NCBI GenBank assembly: GCA_022798335.1
Contig: JAAWMH010000019.1
Span: 11,417-75,416 of the forward strand
From: Clostridia bacterium
GTDB taxonomy: Bacteria > Bacillota > Clostridia > TANB77 > CAG-508
Reading direction: 5' to 3'
DNA: 64,000 nucleotides
In this document: positions 19,384-30,800 of the stretch, piece by piece
How positions within the stretch are numbered: position 1 is the first letter of the stretch
Layout: every line of letters begins with the position of its first letter
Program-made: the position numbers and the translations under genes
The notes under the pieces: model-generated
Databases searched by the model: none
The model's input: only the letters and a program-made list of their open reading frames with translations
Told to the model about the DNA's origin: nothing

Positions 19384-20670
19384 ATGGGAATCATATTATT
19401 TTTTAGGGATAGAAAAATCAAAAGAAAGATGAAATTACTGTTAGAACACAATCCAAGCAGTTTATCAGAATTTATAGCAGAAGAATGTTATGAAGACATA
19501 GAAGAAGCTTTACGATATATGAAGAGTGTTATGGGAAAAGTAAATGAATTAGAGACAAATAAGTTATTAGCTGGATTTGAAGGTAAAAATTTACAAAAGG
19601 TAGTAGAATTTTTAATAGATCATAATTATGAATTTAACGTAGCACAGGTAATAGCACAAAATAATGATTTATTACTTAGCTATAAAATTGCTTTTTATTG
19701 TTTAAAAAATAAAATGATAACAGATTATGATTTTTTGAAAAAGCATCCAAGAGCTAGTATAGACCTTGAAGCAGCGATTAGTCAAGATATAAGATGTATA
19801 GAATTTGAACAAAATGGAAATCCTAAATTATATGTAAAAGTATTGCAAGAGATACAACAACAATTAAGACAAGATTTTAATGTAGTCAAAAATATAATAA
19901 ATGGTACGAGTAATTTACCAAAAGAAGAACAAGAGAAAATAAGACAGGCAAGACAAGAAGACCAATGCAATTTTATAGAAGAAGAAACAGAGAAAAAAAG
20001 GTATGACTATATTATGAATTTATTACAAGAAGCAATTAAAACAATTAAAGGAGAAAAGCCTATAAAAGAAAATAAGTATCATATACCAATTATAGAATTG
20101 TATAATATTATCAAAAGATTGGTTAGAGATTATATGACAGAGTATGGAAAATATAGAGTAAATACAGATAATATAATTGAACCAATCAAATCTTATATTG
20201 CAAAGGATGGATTTTTTAATAAGCAATTCGGAGAACAATTTGCCAAAATGTATTATAATCCAGCAACTGTAATTGGAATTCATAATGTTGCTAAAAGAAA
20301 AGGAATATTAGAAAGTTATTTTCAAAAGGGACTGATAAATGTAACCACTAAAACCACAGTTACACATAATGTTGTATTACAAGAAAGTATGTTTGGAAGT
20401 AAGGCTTTTTCAGGATTTTCTATGCCAGAATTGCTAAATTGGAATTTTAGAGGAGGATATAGTATTATATTTGAATTTCCAAAAAAATTAGCAATAGAAG
20501 ATGGCATGAGTGTTTATAAAGGATCACCATTAATTGAAAATAATGGTATTGCTCCTAAATATATTGTAGGAGCATTCGATCCTTTAGACCCAGATACTAC
20601 TTTAACTTTAAATCCTTATTATATGGAAAAGACAAAAGGAAAAGAAGAATTGCAACAAGAAGAAAAATAG
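19384..20670 (+). CDS. hypothetical 428-aa cytoplasmic protein (orphan between the two modules)
   Basis: Long ORF with RBS GGAAGGA and no signal peptide or TM. It has less purine skew than the flanking genes. No motif recognised. Confidence 0.6.
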   Translation: MGIILFFRDRKIKRKMKLLLEHNPSSLSEFIAEECYEDIEEALRYMKSVMGKVNELETNKLLAGFEGKNLQKVVEFLIDHNYEFNVAQVIAQNNDLLLSYKIAFYCLKNKMITDYDFLKKHPRASIDLEAAISQDIRCIEFEQNGNPKLYVKVLQEIQQQLRQDFNVVKNIINGTSNLPKEEQEKIRQARQEDQCNFIEEETEKKRYDYIMNLLQEAIKTIKGEKPIKENKYHIPIIELYNIIKRLVRDYMTEYGKYRVNTDNIIEPIKSYIAKDGFFNKQFGEQFAKMYYNPATVIGIHNVAKRKGILESYFQKGLINVTTKTTVTHNVVLQESMFGSKAFSGFSMPELLNWNFRGGYSIIFEFPKKLAIEDGMSVYKGSPLIENNGIAPKYIVGAFDPLDPDTTLTLNPYYMEKTKGKEELQQEEK

Positions 20671-20695
20671 AAAAAAGGACTTTAGATCCTTTTTT
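20671..20695. terminator. bidirectional hairpin between convergent genes
   Basis: aaaaaagga-ctttaga-tcctttttt. A 9-bp stem is flanked by A and T runs, between the stop at 20670 (+) and the stop at 20697 (-). Confidence 0.5.
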
Positions 20696-20696
20696 C

Positions 20697-20915
20697 TTAT
20701 TTTTTTCTAGGATAAGGCTCAGGAGTATCAGTTAAACCAAGTAAATAATCAATACTAGTATCTAAAATAAGAGCAATCTTTTTTAAAGTCTCAATAGGAA
20801 TATTAATTTTTCCTAATTCATATTTACTATAATTTGTTTGACTAATATTTAACTGTTTTGCCATTTCTACTTGCTTTATTTCTTTATCCTCTCGCAAATC
20901 TTTAATTCTTAACAT
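20697..20915 (-). CDS. XRE-family helix-turn-helix transcriptional regulator
   Basis: 72 aa. QVEMAKQLNISQTNYSKYELGKINIPIETLKKIALILDTSIDYLLGL is a typical HTH_3 (Cro/CI) fold. Confidence 0.85.
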   Translation of the reverse strand: MLRIKDLREDKEIKQVEMAKQLNISQTNYSKYELGKINIPIETLKKIALILDTSIDYLLGLTDTPEPYPRKK

Positions 20916-20946
20916 AGTAATCTCCTTTTTTCTTAATTATAGGAAA

Positions 20947-20984
20947 GTCAAAATATAACTATTGACATATAGTTATATTTTGAC
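20947..20984. promoter_or_regulatory. perfect 16-bp inverted repeat, candidate XRE operator
   Basis: gtcaaaatataactat (20947-20962) and atagttatattttgac (20969-20984) are exact reverse complements with a 6-nt spacer. A third near half-site, tagttatattatgac, lies at 20996-21010. Confidence 0.6.
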
Positions 20985-20990
20985 TATAAT
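20962..20990 (+). promoter_or_regulatory. consensus sigma-A-type promoter for the pilin-like gene at 21034
   Basis: TTGACA (20962-20967), a 17-nt spacer, then TATAAT (20985-20990). The promoter is completely embedded in the palindrome. Confidence 0.6.
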
Positions 20991-21033
20991 AACTTTAGTT
21001 ATATTATGACTAAAAATAAAAGGAGATATACAT

Positions 21034-22690
21034 ATGAAAAAACAAGAAAAAATAAAAGGAATTACTCTAATTGCTCTAGTTGTAACAATTGTTGTACTTT
21101 TGATATTAGCAGGAATAACAATCCAAGTAATATTACAAGGAGGAATTATTGAAACAGCAGGAAATGCAAGCGAGCAATACAAAATAGCAGCAGCAAGAGA
21201 AAAGATATCAATTACTTTATCTAGTGCACAAATGGATAAAGCAACTAACATAAAATATAATCAAGAAGACTACTTAGATGAATTTATAGTAAATAATATG
21301 TCTAATACAGAAGTAATAGAGGACATTGTAATTACAGATGGTTATGCTTTTGAATTAGATAGAAGTGTGCCTAAAATAGGAGAATATCTTGGAAAAAAAG
21401 AAGATTTAGTATTTCCAGAAATAACAATAAGTCAAGTAATATTAGCAGTAGATAGTAAAAGTGCAACATTTACCATAACTACGAAAGAAAAAGAAAATGG
21501 AATAAATAAAATAGAAATACTGCAAGAAGGACATGTAATAGAAAGCTATGAATTTGCAAATGAAAAACAAGAAATTGTAAAAGAATATACAGCAAAACAA
21601 AACGGAAAATATGTTATAAAAGTATATGCAAAATATGCAGCAAGTAAAATAGTAGAAGTAGCAGGAATAATGCCATCTATCAGTTTTGAGCCAAATGGAA
21701 ATGAAGAATACAAAAAAGAACATTCTACCAAAATAAAAGTAATCGAAACAGCAGATAAAGTAGAAACTATAAAATATCAGTGGACCAATTCTACAAAAGA
21801 GCCAGAAAAAGAAACATTTCAAGATACTTGCCAAAACGGAGATATTATTACTAAAAATGGTTTAACAGGAACTTATTATTTATGGACTTTTATAACAACT
21901 AAAACTGGAAAAAATGCAATATGGAGAAGTGAAGGATTTAACTTTGATAACGAAGGACCAGAAATAATATCTTTTACAGCACAAAAATATTCAGGCGATG
22001 GCATTACTTTAACTGTAAATGCACAAGATGTAAGCAAAGTAGTTAAATGTGAATACTATGTAGAGGATGTATTAAAAGATACTATAGTCGTTGAAAATCC
22101 TACCAATGTTGTAATACAAAATGCTACTATTTCAGGCTTAGCAATGGGAACTTATACTTGCAAAGTAAAAGTATATGATGAACAAGGAAATAGCAGTGAA
22201 ACAAGCATTTCTGCAGCTACAAAATTACATACTTGGAAAATATATACGGTAAATCCAGGAGAAACATATTATAAGCAAGTTACAAAAAATTCTACTTTTA
22301 GTAAGTCAGGGTATAGTAACCAAGCAGCTAGGATAGAGACAAGTAGTTCTATTAATTTTGATCGTCAATCTGGTATATATACTTGTTCTGGAGAACTGAT
22401 TAAATCTATTTTTGAAACTCAGCAAGGAATGAAGGAGAACCCAACACGGTACTTATTATCAAGATGGAACAAAATGGGTTCGATTTGTTTCTTATAAAGA
22501 AAAAACAGGATCTGTTTATTCAGATTGGTCTATTACATGGAATGTAGTAGAATATTCAAGTGAAAAAGTTACAAAACCAAATACAAGAGGTAATGACACA
22601 GGAAATACACAAACTGCTACTTCAGAAACTGCCTATCCAAAGGATGGGCAAAAAGGCGAAAATTGGTATTATTATGATGGAATAAAATAA
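21034..22690 (+). CDS. pilin-like N-terminal (class III signal-like) protein with Ig-like repeats, interrupted by one extra C at 22447
   Basis: The N-terminus is MKKQEKIKG-ITLIALVVTIVVLLILAGITI. The sequence cca aca C ggt act tat tat caa gat gga continues in +1 as ...PTGTYYQDGTKWVRFVSYKEKTGSVYSDWSITWNVVEYSSEKVTKPN...GENWYYYDGIK, ending at the stop at 22688-22690. Confidence 0.7.
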
Positions 22691-22777
22691 AGAAAAAAAG
22701 TTCATTTCAATAGAAAAAGAAGTGGACTTTTTCCTTTTATAAAACAAAAACACACAAATAAAAATCTAAACTTTAAA

Positions 22778-22795
22778 CTTCCGTAGCCTTCCGTA
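22778..22795 (+). promoter_or_regulatory. two direct CTTCCGTA boxes upstream of surface-protein module 2
   Basis: cttccgtagccttccgta. It shares the 8-mer with 8957-8964 upstream of module 1. Confidence 0.35.
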
Positions 22796-22861
22796 ATTTA
22801 ACATAAAAAAATAATTATTTTCCAAAAATTCACATAATATGTAGAAAATAGCATAAAACAA

Positions 22862-22890
22862 TTGAAAAACAAGTAAAAATATCGTATAAT
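22862..22890 (+). promoter_or_regulatory. sigma-A-type promoter for module 2
   Basis: TTGAAA (22862-22867), a 17-nt spacer, then TATAAT (22885-22890), about 30 nt upstream of the A2 start. Confidence 0.5.
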
Positions 22891-22922
22891 GGTAAACAAG
22901 ACGTTAATTTTAGGAGGTTACT

Positions 22923-25900
22923 ATGAAAATAAAACAAAAAATAGTCGCAATACTAATGACAATATTACTAGTTGGAACAAATCTGATAACCTTAGGGAAC
23001 CAGGTAATAGCAGCAAATTTATCACAGCAAAATAGCAAAACAAATCATACTAATGTAGAATTTAATAGCTATTTTGAAGAAGGAACCTATAGTAAAAAAA
23101 TAAACATAAATGAAAAAGCTAAGCTAAGCTTAAAAATAAAAGTAAATGAAGTAGGCTATCTAAAAAATGCACAAGTAAATATACAAAACAGTAATTATGA
23201 AATAGATGTAGAAAATTTACAAAATACAGCAGTAGAAGAAGTAACAAAAACACAAGTAAAACTAAAACAAATAAAAAGTAATGAAGAAGTATATATAGAG
23301 CTACCAATCAAAATAAAAAAAGAAGAAAAGGTAGAAAAAGACTTTTTAGAAAAAATAAGTAATGTTATATTTACAGCAACTTATATAGACGAAAATGGTA
23401 AAGAAAAAGATATTCAAAAAACAATACAAAATCAAGTAATATGGCAAGCAAATCCAGAAGTGCAAATGACAGGAGAAGTAACTAAATATGTACCTTATAA
23501 ACAAGAAGAAGAATATGGTGTTTTATTGCAAACGCTAGTAAGCAGTGAAATAAAAGACCATATTTTGCCGATTTCAAAAACACAAATAAATATGCAAGTG
23601 CCACAAATAGAAGGAGAAAATCCACAAAGAGTAACCGTAATTGCAAATAAAACGCAAAATACAGGAAGCAAAAATCAAAGTTACCATTATGAAGAAACTA
23701 CAGGAAAACTAAATATACAAGTAGTAAATGAAGAACTAAATTGGACTAAAACAGGAAAAGATGAATATGTTTTAAACTTTATTTATGTAGGAGAAGACTT
23801 ATATCAAAAAGCACTAGAACAAGAATATAAAGCAAAGGTAGAACTAACAGGAGAAGTAACCTTACTAAATGAGCAAACTGTAGAAGAAAAAATACAAGTA
23901 AATTATGAAGAAAAAGAACAAAAAGGAAACTTAACAGGTATTTTTATTAAAACACAAGACACTATTTCGAAAGGTCAAATTTATGCAAACTATGACCAAA
24001 AAGAAGAAAATCAAAAAAAAGAAACCACCTATGAAATGGAATATACTATTCAAATAAATGATGCAAATTTAACAGATGAAGTAGTGTTACAAACAAAAGC
24101 AGAAAACTATATAGACAGTAAAGAAAATAAACAAACAGCAGGGGAAAATAGCTATATTAAACAAATAAAAATAGAAAAAGAAGTAATTACTCAGCTATTA
24201 GGAGAAGAAGGAACAATACAAATAACAAAAAAAGATGGAAGCCTAATAGGAACTCTTAATAAAGAAGAAAATAGCATAGAAATAAACGAGCAAGACTTAA
24301 GTGAAGTTATCATAAGAGTAAGTAAACCACAACAAGCAGGCAACTTAAAAATAATGGTGCAAAAAGCAATTTCTGCAAATCAAAGCTATACAAAAGAGCA
24401 AATGAAAGAAATTTCTAAGATTAGCACAACAGTTATTCTAGAAAATGAAAAAGTAGAAGAAGTAATACCATTTACAGAGCCAGTAAGCAAAGCAGAAGTT
24501 ACCATAGAAAATACAGGAGCAAACCTATCTACTATGGTAGTAAATAAAGATGTAGAAATAAGAGTAGTACTAGATACTTCAAATACACAAAGAGCTTTAT
24601 ACAAAGATCCAGTATTTGAAATAGAATTACCAAGTAAAGTAGAAAAAATACAAATCAAAGATATCAATCTATTATTAGAAGATGAAATGAAAATAAAACA
24701 AACAAAAGTAATAGAGAAAAATGGTAAAAAAACAATTCAAATTACTTTAGAAGGAACCCAAAGCAAATATAATGAGCAAATAGCAAAAGGAGCAACCATT
24801 ATATTACATGCAGATATCACTTTAAATAAATTTGCAGCAAGCAGTAAAGAACAAGTCATAATGTATTATACAAACCAAAATACAAACCTATACGAAAATA
24901 CAAATAGGGTAAAAGCAAAAAGTAGCCAAAATCAAGAAATAGGAATTGCCAAAACAGACCTTAATATTGTAGCACCAGCAGGAGTAGTAACAACTAATAG
25001 TATGAAAGGTTATGATGGAAATAAACAAATAGAAAGCATGAATGCGCAAAAACAAACAGCAACTATAGAGCCACAAGGAGAAAAGAAAACAGTTACAGTA
25101 GAAGCAATTGTTTCAAACCATTATTCAAATAATCTTGAAAATGTTATGATTTTAGGAAGACTACCAGTAGAAGGAAACAAAGAAATAGACAAAGAAAATA
25201 GTTTAAACAGTAATTTTACTATGCCAATGACGAAAAAAATAGAAGTAACAGGAATAGAAAAACAAAAGGTTAAAATTTATTATAGCACTAATATAGAAGC
25301 AAGCAAAGACTTAATAAATAATGCAAATGCTTGGCAAGAAGAAGCACAAAACATAAGAGACGTAAAAAGTTATTTAATTATGATAACAGGGGAAGTAGAA
25401 AAAGGAGCAACGATTGGCTTTAAATATGAAGTAGAGTTACCAGAAAACTTAAGTTCAGGAAAAGAAAGTTATCAAACCTATAAAGTATATTATGATAATA
25501 AAACTGAATCTGCAACAATAGGAGAAACAAAAGAGGCAGCAGTATTAGGAATTGCAACAAGCCAAAAACCAGAATTAGAAGTAACTTTAAGCTCTAATGT
25601 AGAAGAAAACAAAAATGTAACAGATGAGCAAATAGTAAAATTCTTTGTAAGTGCTAAAAATATAGGAAATAGTATAGCACAAAATGTAACAGCAAATATA
25701 GAAGTGCCAGAAGGAGCAAGTTATGTAATTTATCAATCTGGAACACAACAATATGAAGAATCAAACGAAAAAAATGTAACATTAACCATAGGAGATATTC
25801 CAGAAGGAGAAACCAAAAAAGTAAGTTATGAGCTAAAAATGAAACCAGGAAACTTAGAAAAATTCACACACCAAGTAGAAGTTATAGCAAAAGACTTAAG

Positions 25901-27812
25901 CGATGGAATAAAATCAAATACTTATACTTTAAATAGAATACAAACAAAACTAAATATGACATTATCTTTAGCAAGAGATCCACAAGCTACTTTAAATAAA
26001 GGAGATATTTTATATCCAGTATTAGTACTACAAGCAAAAGAAAACTTACAAAATGTAGTAGTATCTATGGAAGTACCACAAGGAATTAAAATTGCTTCAG
26101 CAAATTATCAAGATGAAAACGAACAAGAACAGCCAAATTATGTAAAAATAGAAAATCATAAAATAATAGTAACCATACCAACAATAAAAGCAGACTATTT
26201 ACAAAGTCTAAAATTAACACTAGAAGTACAAGACCATAAAGGAGAACTAAAACTAAGCAGCACTGCTACAGCAAAAGAAATAGAAAAAGTAAGCTCAAAT
26301 GAATTAACTTATTATGTAGGAACGCCAGAATTTGAAATAACACAAACAACAAAGGCAAATAAATACATAAAAGAAGCTGAAAATATTACCTATGAATTTA
26401 CTGTAGAAAATACAGGAAATGCAGATGCAAATGAAGTTGTTTTTGAAAATAAATTGCCAGAAGGGCTAACCTTTAAAAAATTAGAATACACCTATGAAGG
26501 AAATACAAAAACAGAAACCTCTACTTTAGACAATACAGCAAAAGTAAGATGGACTGTTTTCAAAAAAGGAAAAACAGCAACCATAAAGGTATTAGCCACA
26601 GCTGACTTATTACCAGAAGACAAAAAAGACAAAACAGTAGAAAATGTAGCAAGTATTTCATCGCAAGCAATAGAAACAAAACAATCTAATAAAATACAAA
26701 CAACCATAGAATATAATGAAAAATTATATGAAGGAAATACAGGAAATCAAGGAACAGATAAACCAAATAATACAGGAAGTTATAAAGTAACAGGAACAGC
26801 ATGGATAGACGAAAACAAAAATGGAACAAGAGAAGAAAATGAAAAAACAATAGCAGGAATGAAAGTAATGCTACTTCAAAAATCAGGAAGTCAAGTAGTG
26901 AAAGATATTGAAATTAGAGAAGAAAAAACAACAACTACAAAACAAGATGGAAGCTATGAATTTAATAACTTACCACAAGGAGAATATATAGCAGTATTTT
27001 TATATGATGCAGGAAAATATAATATTACAGAATACCAAAAACAAGGAGTAAGTGTAAGCTACAACTCAGATGCAGTATCTATGAACATTACTTTAGATGG
27101 AAAACAAAGAGTAGCAGGAATTACAGACACCATCAAAATTACAGAGGGTAATGCAAGAGATATTGATATTGGACTATATGTAGCAGAAAAATTTGACTTA
27201 AAATTAGACAAAACGATTTCTAAAATTACACTAACAACTCCAACAATTGGAACAAAAGTATATAACTATCAAAATGCAAAACTACAAAAAATAGAAGTTT
27301 TAGGACAAAACGTAAATAAAAGCAGTATGGTGGTAGAATACAAAATAGCAGTTACAAATGAAGGACAAGTACCAGGGTATGTTAAAAAAATAATAGATTA
27401 TTTACCAGAAGACACCAAATTTAGTTCAGAACTAAACAAAGATTGGTATATTTCAGATAACAACAATACAGTGTACAATACTAGTTTAGAAAATACCTTA
27501 ATAAACCCAGGAGAAACTAAAGAAGTAACGCTTATCTTAAGTATGCAAATTACAGACAAAAATATAGGAACAATTATCAATAACAATGCAGAAATTTATG
27601 AAAGCTATAATGAACAAGGATTAGAAGACATAGACTCTACCCCTGCAAATAAAATGCAAAACGAAGACGATATGTCAAATGCAGATATATTATTATCAAT
27701 AGTAACTGGAAAAATTGTAATATACAGTACTTTAACATTATGCATTTTATTTATACTAGCAATTAGTATTGTAATAATACAAAGAAAAGTTTTAATAAAA
27801 AAGAAAAATTAG
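22923..27812 (+). CDS. giant surface protein A2 (paralog of A1)
   Basis: 1629 aa. The N-terminus MKIKQKIVAILMTILLVGTNLITLGNQVIAA aligns with A1. Also shared are GTAWIDENKNGTREENE...GSYEFNNLPQGEYIAVF, NNNAEIYESYNEQGLEDIDSTPAN..EDD, and IVTG plus a helix plus QRKVLIKKKN. Confidence 0.8.
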   Translation: MKIKQKIVAILMTILLVGTNLITLGNQVIAANLSQQNSKTNHTNVEFNSYFEEGTYSKKININEKAKLSLKIKVNEVGYLKNAQVNIQNSNYEIDVENLQNTAVEEVTKTQVKLKQIKSNEEVYIELPIKIKKEEKVEKDFLEKISNVIFTATYIDENGKEKDIQKTIQNQVIWQANPEVQMTGEVTKYVPYKQEEEYGVLLQTLVSSEIKDHILPISKTQINMQVPQIEGENPQRVTVIANKTQNTGSKNQSYHYEETTGKLNIQVVNEELNWTKTGKDEYVLNFIYVGEDLYQKALEQEYKAKVELTGEVTLLNEQTVEEKIQVNYEEKEQKGNLTGIFIKTQDTISKGQIYANYDQKEENQKKETTYEMEYTIQINDANLTDEVVLQTKAENYIDSKENKQTAGENSYIKQIKIEKEVITQLLGEEGTIQITKKDGSLIGTLNKEENSIEINEQDLSEVIIRVSKPQQAGNLKIMVQKAISANQSYTKEQMKEISKISTTVILENEKVEEVIPFTEPVSKAEVTIENTGANLSTMVVNKDVEIRVVLDTSNTQRALYKDPVFEIELPSKVEKIQIKDINLLLEDEMKIKQTKVIEKNGKKTIQITLEGTQSKYNEQIAKGATIILHADITLNKFAASSKEQVIMYYTNQNTNLYENTNRVKAKSSQNQEIGIAKTDLNIVAPAGVVTTNSMKGYDGNKQIESMNAQKQTATIEPQGEKKTVTVEAIVSNHYSNNLENVMILGRLPVEGNKEIDKENSLNSNFTMPMTKKIEVTGIEKQKVKIYYSTNIEASKDLINNANAWQEEAQNIRDVKSYLIMITGEVEKGATIGFKYEVELPENLSSGKESYQTYKVYYDNKTESATIGETKEAAVLGIATSQKPELEVTLSSNVEENKNVTDEQIVKFFVSAKNIGNSIAQNVTANIEVPEGASYVIYQSGTQQYEESNEKNVTLTIGDIPEGETKKVSYELKMKPGNLEKFTHQVEVIAKDLSDGIKSNTYTLNRIQTKLNMTLSLARDPQATLNKGDILYPVLVLQAKENLQNVVVSMEVPQGIKIASANYQDENEQEQPNYVKIENHKIIVTIPTIKADYLQSLKLTLEVQDHKGELKLSSTATAKEIEKVSSNELTYYVGTPEFEITQTTKANKYIKEAENITYEFTVENTGNADANEVVFENKLPEGLTFKKLEYTYEGNTKTETSTLDNTAKVRWTVFKKGKTATIKVLATADLLPEDKKDKTVENVASISSQAIETKQSNKIQTTIEYNEKLYEGNTGNQGTDKPNNTGSYKVTGTAWIDENKNGTREENEKTIAGMKVMLLQKSGSQVVKDIEIREEKTTTTKQDGSYEFNNLPQGEYIAVFLYDAGKYNITEYQKQGVSVSYNSDAVSMNITLDGKQRVAGITDTIKITEGNARDIDIGLYVAEKFDLKLDKTISKITLTTPTIGTKVYNYQNAKLQKIEVLGQNVNKSSMVVEYKIAVTNEGQVPGYVKKIIDYLPEDTKFSSELNKDWYISDNNNTVYNTSLENTLINPGETKEVTLILSMQITDKNIGTIINNNAEIYESYNEQGLEDIDSTPANKMQNEDDMSNADILLSIVTGKIVIYSTLTLCILFILAISIVIIQRKVLIKKKN

Positions 27813-27832
27813 GAAAGGAGGAAAAAAAGAAC

Positions 27833-30800
27833 ATGAAAAACAAAAAAACATTAGGAATTCTTGTAATTCGGAATGACACTTATTCTAGTTACACTAGTAA
27901 TAGGATTTACAAAATTTTTTAGCATTCAAGGAGAAAAAATACAAGAAACAATTAGTCTTAGTAAAGAACAACTTGCTATAAATGGTTCAAAGCCAGCAGG
28001 AAATAGTAGTATCAAAGGAGCGCATGATGAGCCAGCTGCTTACCAAAACGGAAAATTTCAAGTAGAAGCATTAACTACTAATAAAGTATTTATACCAACA
28101 ATAGGCAATTACCAACTATACTGTGTTCAAAGAGGAACACCAATTTATATGAATAAAGAACTAGTAGCAACCATAAAAGCATTACACGGAGTAACAGGAA
28201 GTGTAAGTTCAAGCTATCATATGGCTTCTTTACCAGAAAAACGTTATTCAAATACTTACTATGTATGTAAAGATAAACATACAGAACTTGTAGCATCAGG
28301 AGCTTATATCATAACAGCTAAAAACTTTATAGCACCAATAGACGGAATTTATTCTTCTTATGGACAAACAAGTAGTTTCAAAAAAGGAGAAGATATTACA
28401 AAAGAAGTAAGGCAAGTAGCAATATGGCTTAACCCAGAAACAAATATAGGAGAATCTTTTTATACAAGCGGCTCTGTATTTACTTATATTGATATAGCAG
28501 AAAAGCTAAAAAATGAAGCATTAGATTATAAAGACTATGAAAATAGCTTAAAAGCAAATGTAAATGAACCAATCAAAGAAACTACAAAAGAAAATGTAAA
28601 AGTAAATGTAAATCAAAAAGAACAATACTATATTGTAGGACCATATAAAATGGACTATATAGAAGGAAATGCAAGTAGTGCAAAATTTGCAGGAATATCT
28701 AATATGACTGTCAAAGGATATAATGACAAAGAAAAAACAACACTAGTCAAAGAAATTAAAATAGAAAGTTATATTCAAAATGGAATAGAACAAAAATTAG
28801 ACTTTTTTGCACCAACCGAAGCAGAAGGATATGTAGACAGAAAAGAGCACTCTTACCCAAAAAGTGGGGAAGAATTTTACATTAAAATCAAAAATCCAAA
28901 CCAAGGTGAGTTAAATAGTAATAAAGTTGTAAGATATATAGATATAGAAGTAGAATATAGCTATATGACAGCATATGCTATAAAATGCGAACTAGAAGGA
29001 GAGCAACTAGTAGCAACACCAATAAGAACAAGCCATAATGATTCTTATGGACAAAATAACACATTCATTTCATGTACTGTAAATTATAGATGGAATGTAA
29101 CAAAAAGTCCATTACCACAACAAAAAATGATAGATGCATGGGGAGAAAGAAACTTATATAAACTAAAAATTAACCTAACAGGAGGACCAGAAGGAACCCC
29201 ACTTGATATTACCATGAAATTAGGAGGTTATGTTTGGGAAGATATAAAGGATAGTAAACAAACCATAGCAGATGGTATTCACTCAGGACTATATCAAGGA
29301 AGCGATAGTAAAGATAAAGTACTTCCAAATGTAAAAGTAACACTATATGAATGCAAAGTAGATGAAAATGGAAATATAGTTTACCAAAATGGAAAACCAG
29401 TAGGAACAGTAGCAGATCTTTTATCAGAAGCAGATAGAAATCAGTTATCAGAAGAAGAATTATTAAATAGAGTAAATCCACAAATAACAAACCAAAATGG
29501 TTACTATCAATTTGATGGATTAAACTCATCAAACAAATACTATGTTACATTTGAATATAATGGACAAACCTATTTACCAACAGAATATTTAGTAACAGGA
29601 AAAGACGAAAAAGGAAACTTCATTCATCAAAACTCAGTAGCAGATATGGTCATAAATGCAAAATTATATAATACTGAAATTTGGGAAGCAACCTCAAAAG
29701 GAACTGAAAATGCAGCAAACAGAAATAGCTATAATGCAAAATATGGAGAAATAGGATCATCACCCAAAAATTATGTATCTAGTAACTCATTACAAACAGG
29801 AATGCTACTAAGAGAAGCAGAAGCATATTATAACCAAACATTTAAAGTAAACGATTTAATGGGATATGTACTACAAGGAGAAGGAAAGTACCATGCAGAA
29901 GGAGTACAACTAATCGATGAATTTTATCAAATAGATGGGCAGGGAAATGTAGTAGAAACTGATACTCTTCAAGAAGGAGAAATCAGCAAACGAATTCAAA
30001 ACTATATTAAAAATAATTATGCTTATCCAGACGAAAATGCCATAAAAAATATTTATCAGCAAATCGTAAATGATTATGCAAGAAATGAAAAAGAAAGAGA
30101 AATTCTATGGAAAAAGCTACAATATATTGAAGACTGCAAAATGAATAGTTACACAGGATCACCATTTAATGATGGAGAAATAGACCTATACCCTGTATAT
30201 GATGACTTTGCAATAGATACACAAACAATGGTAATACCAGGAATAGGAGCAAAACCACCAATTTATAACGGACAATTCTATGTAAATTTAGGCTTATGGA
30301 GAAGAGCACAAAACAATACAGCACTTAAAAAAGATGTATTCAAAGCAGCAACTAGAATAAACGGAAAAACCGAAGTTTATAACTATGACAAAGAAGAAGA
30401 CGACAATAACTATTGGGAAATTAACTTAAGAATGAAAGACTATGCAAACTACTATGGTAAATCCTATAATAGAGAAATTTATCCAGCAGATTATAATTAT
30501 AAAATAGCAAATACCAGTCTGCAAGGTTCAGAATTAGAGTTATACGTAACTTATAAAATAACCATTAGAAACTCATCACAAAATATTTTGAATGAAATTA
30601 CAGAAGTAGTAGACTATTACGATAAAGACTATACTTATATGCCAAATCTATCTTGGGTAATGTATAAAGACACTGCACAAAGTGATAAAAAGCAAATAGC
30701 AGTACCAGAAAAGTCATATTATAATATGATAGCAAACCAAAACTTAGGAGAAATAGCAAACGCAAGAAATGTAGACAGTAGCTACTCTACAAGTGCTAAT

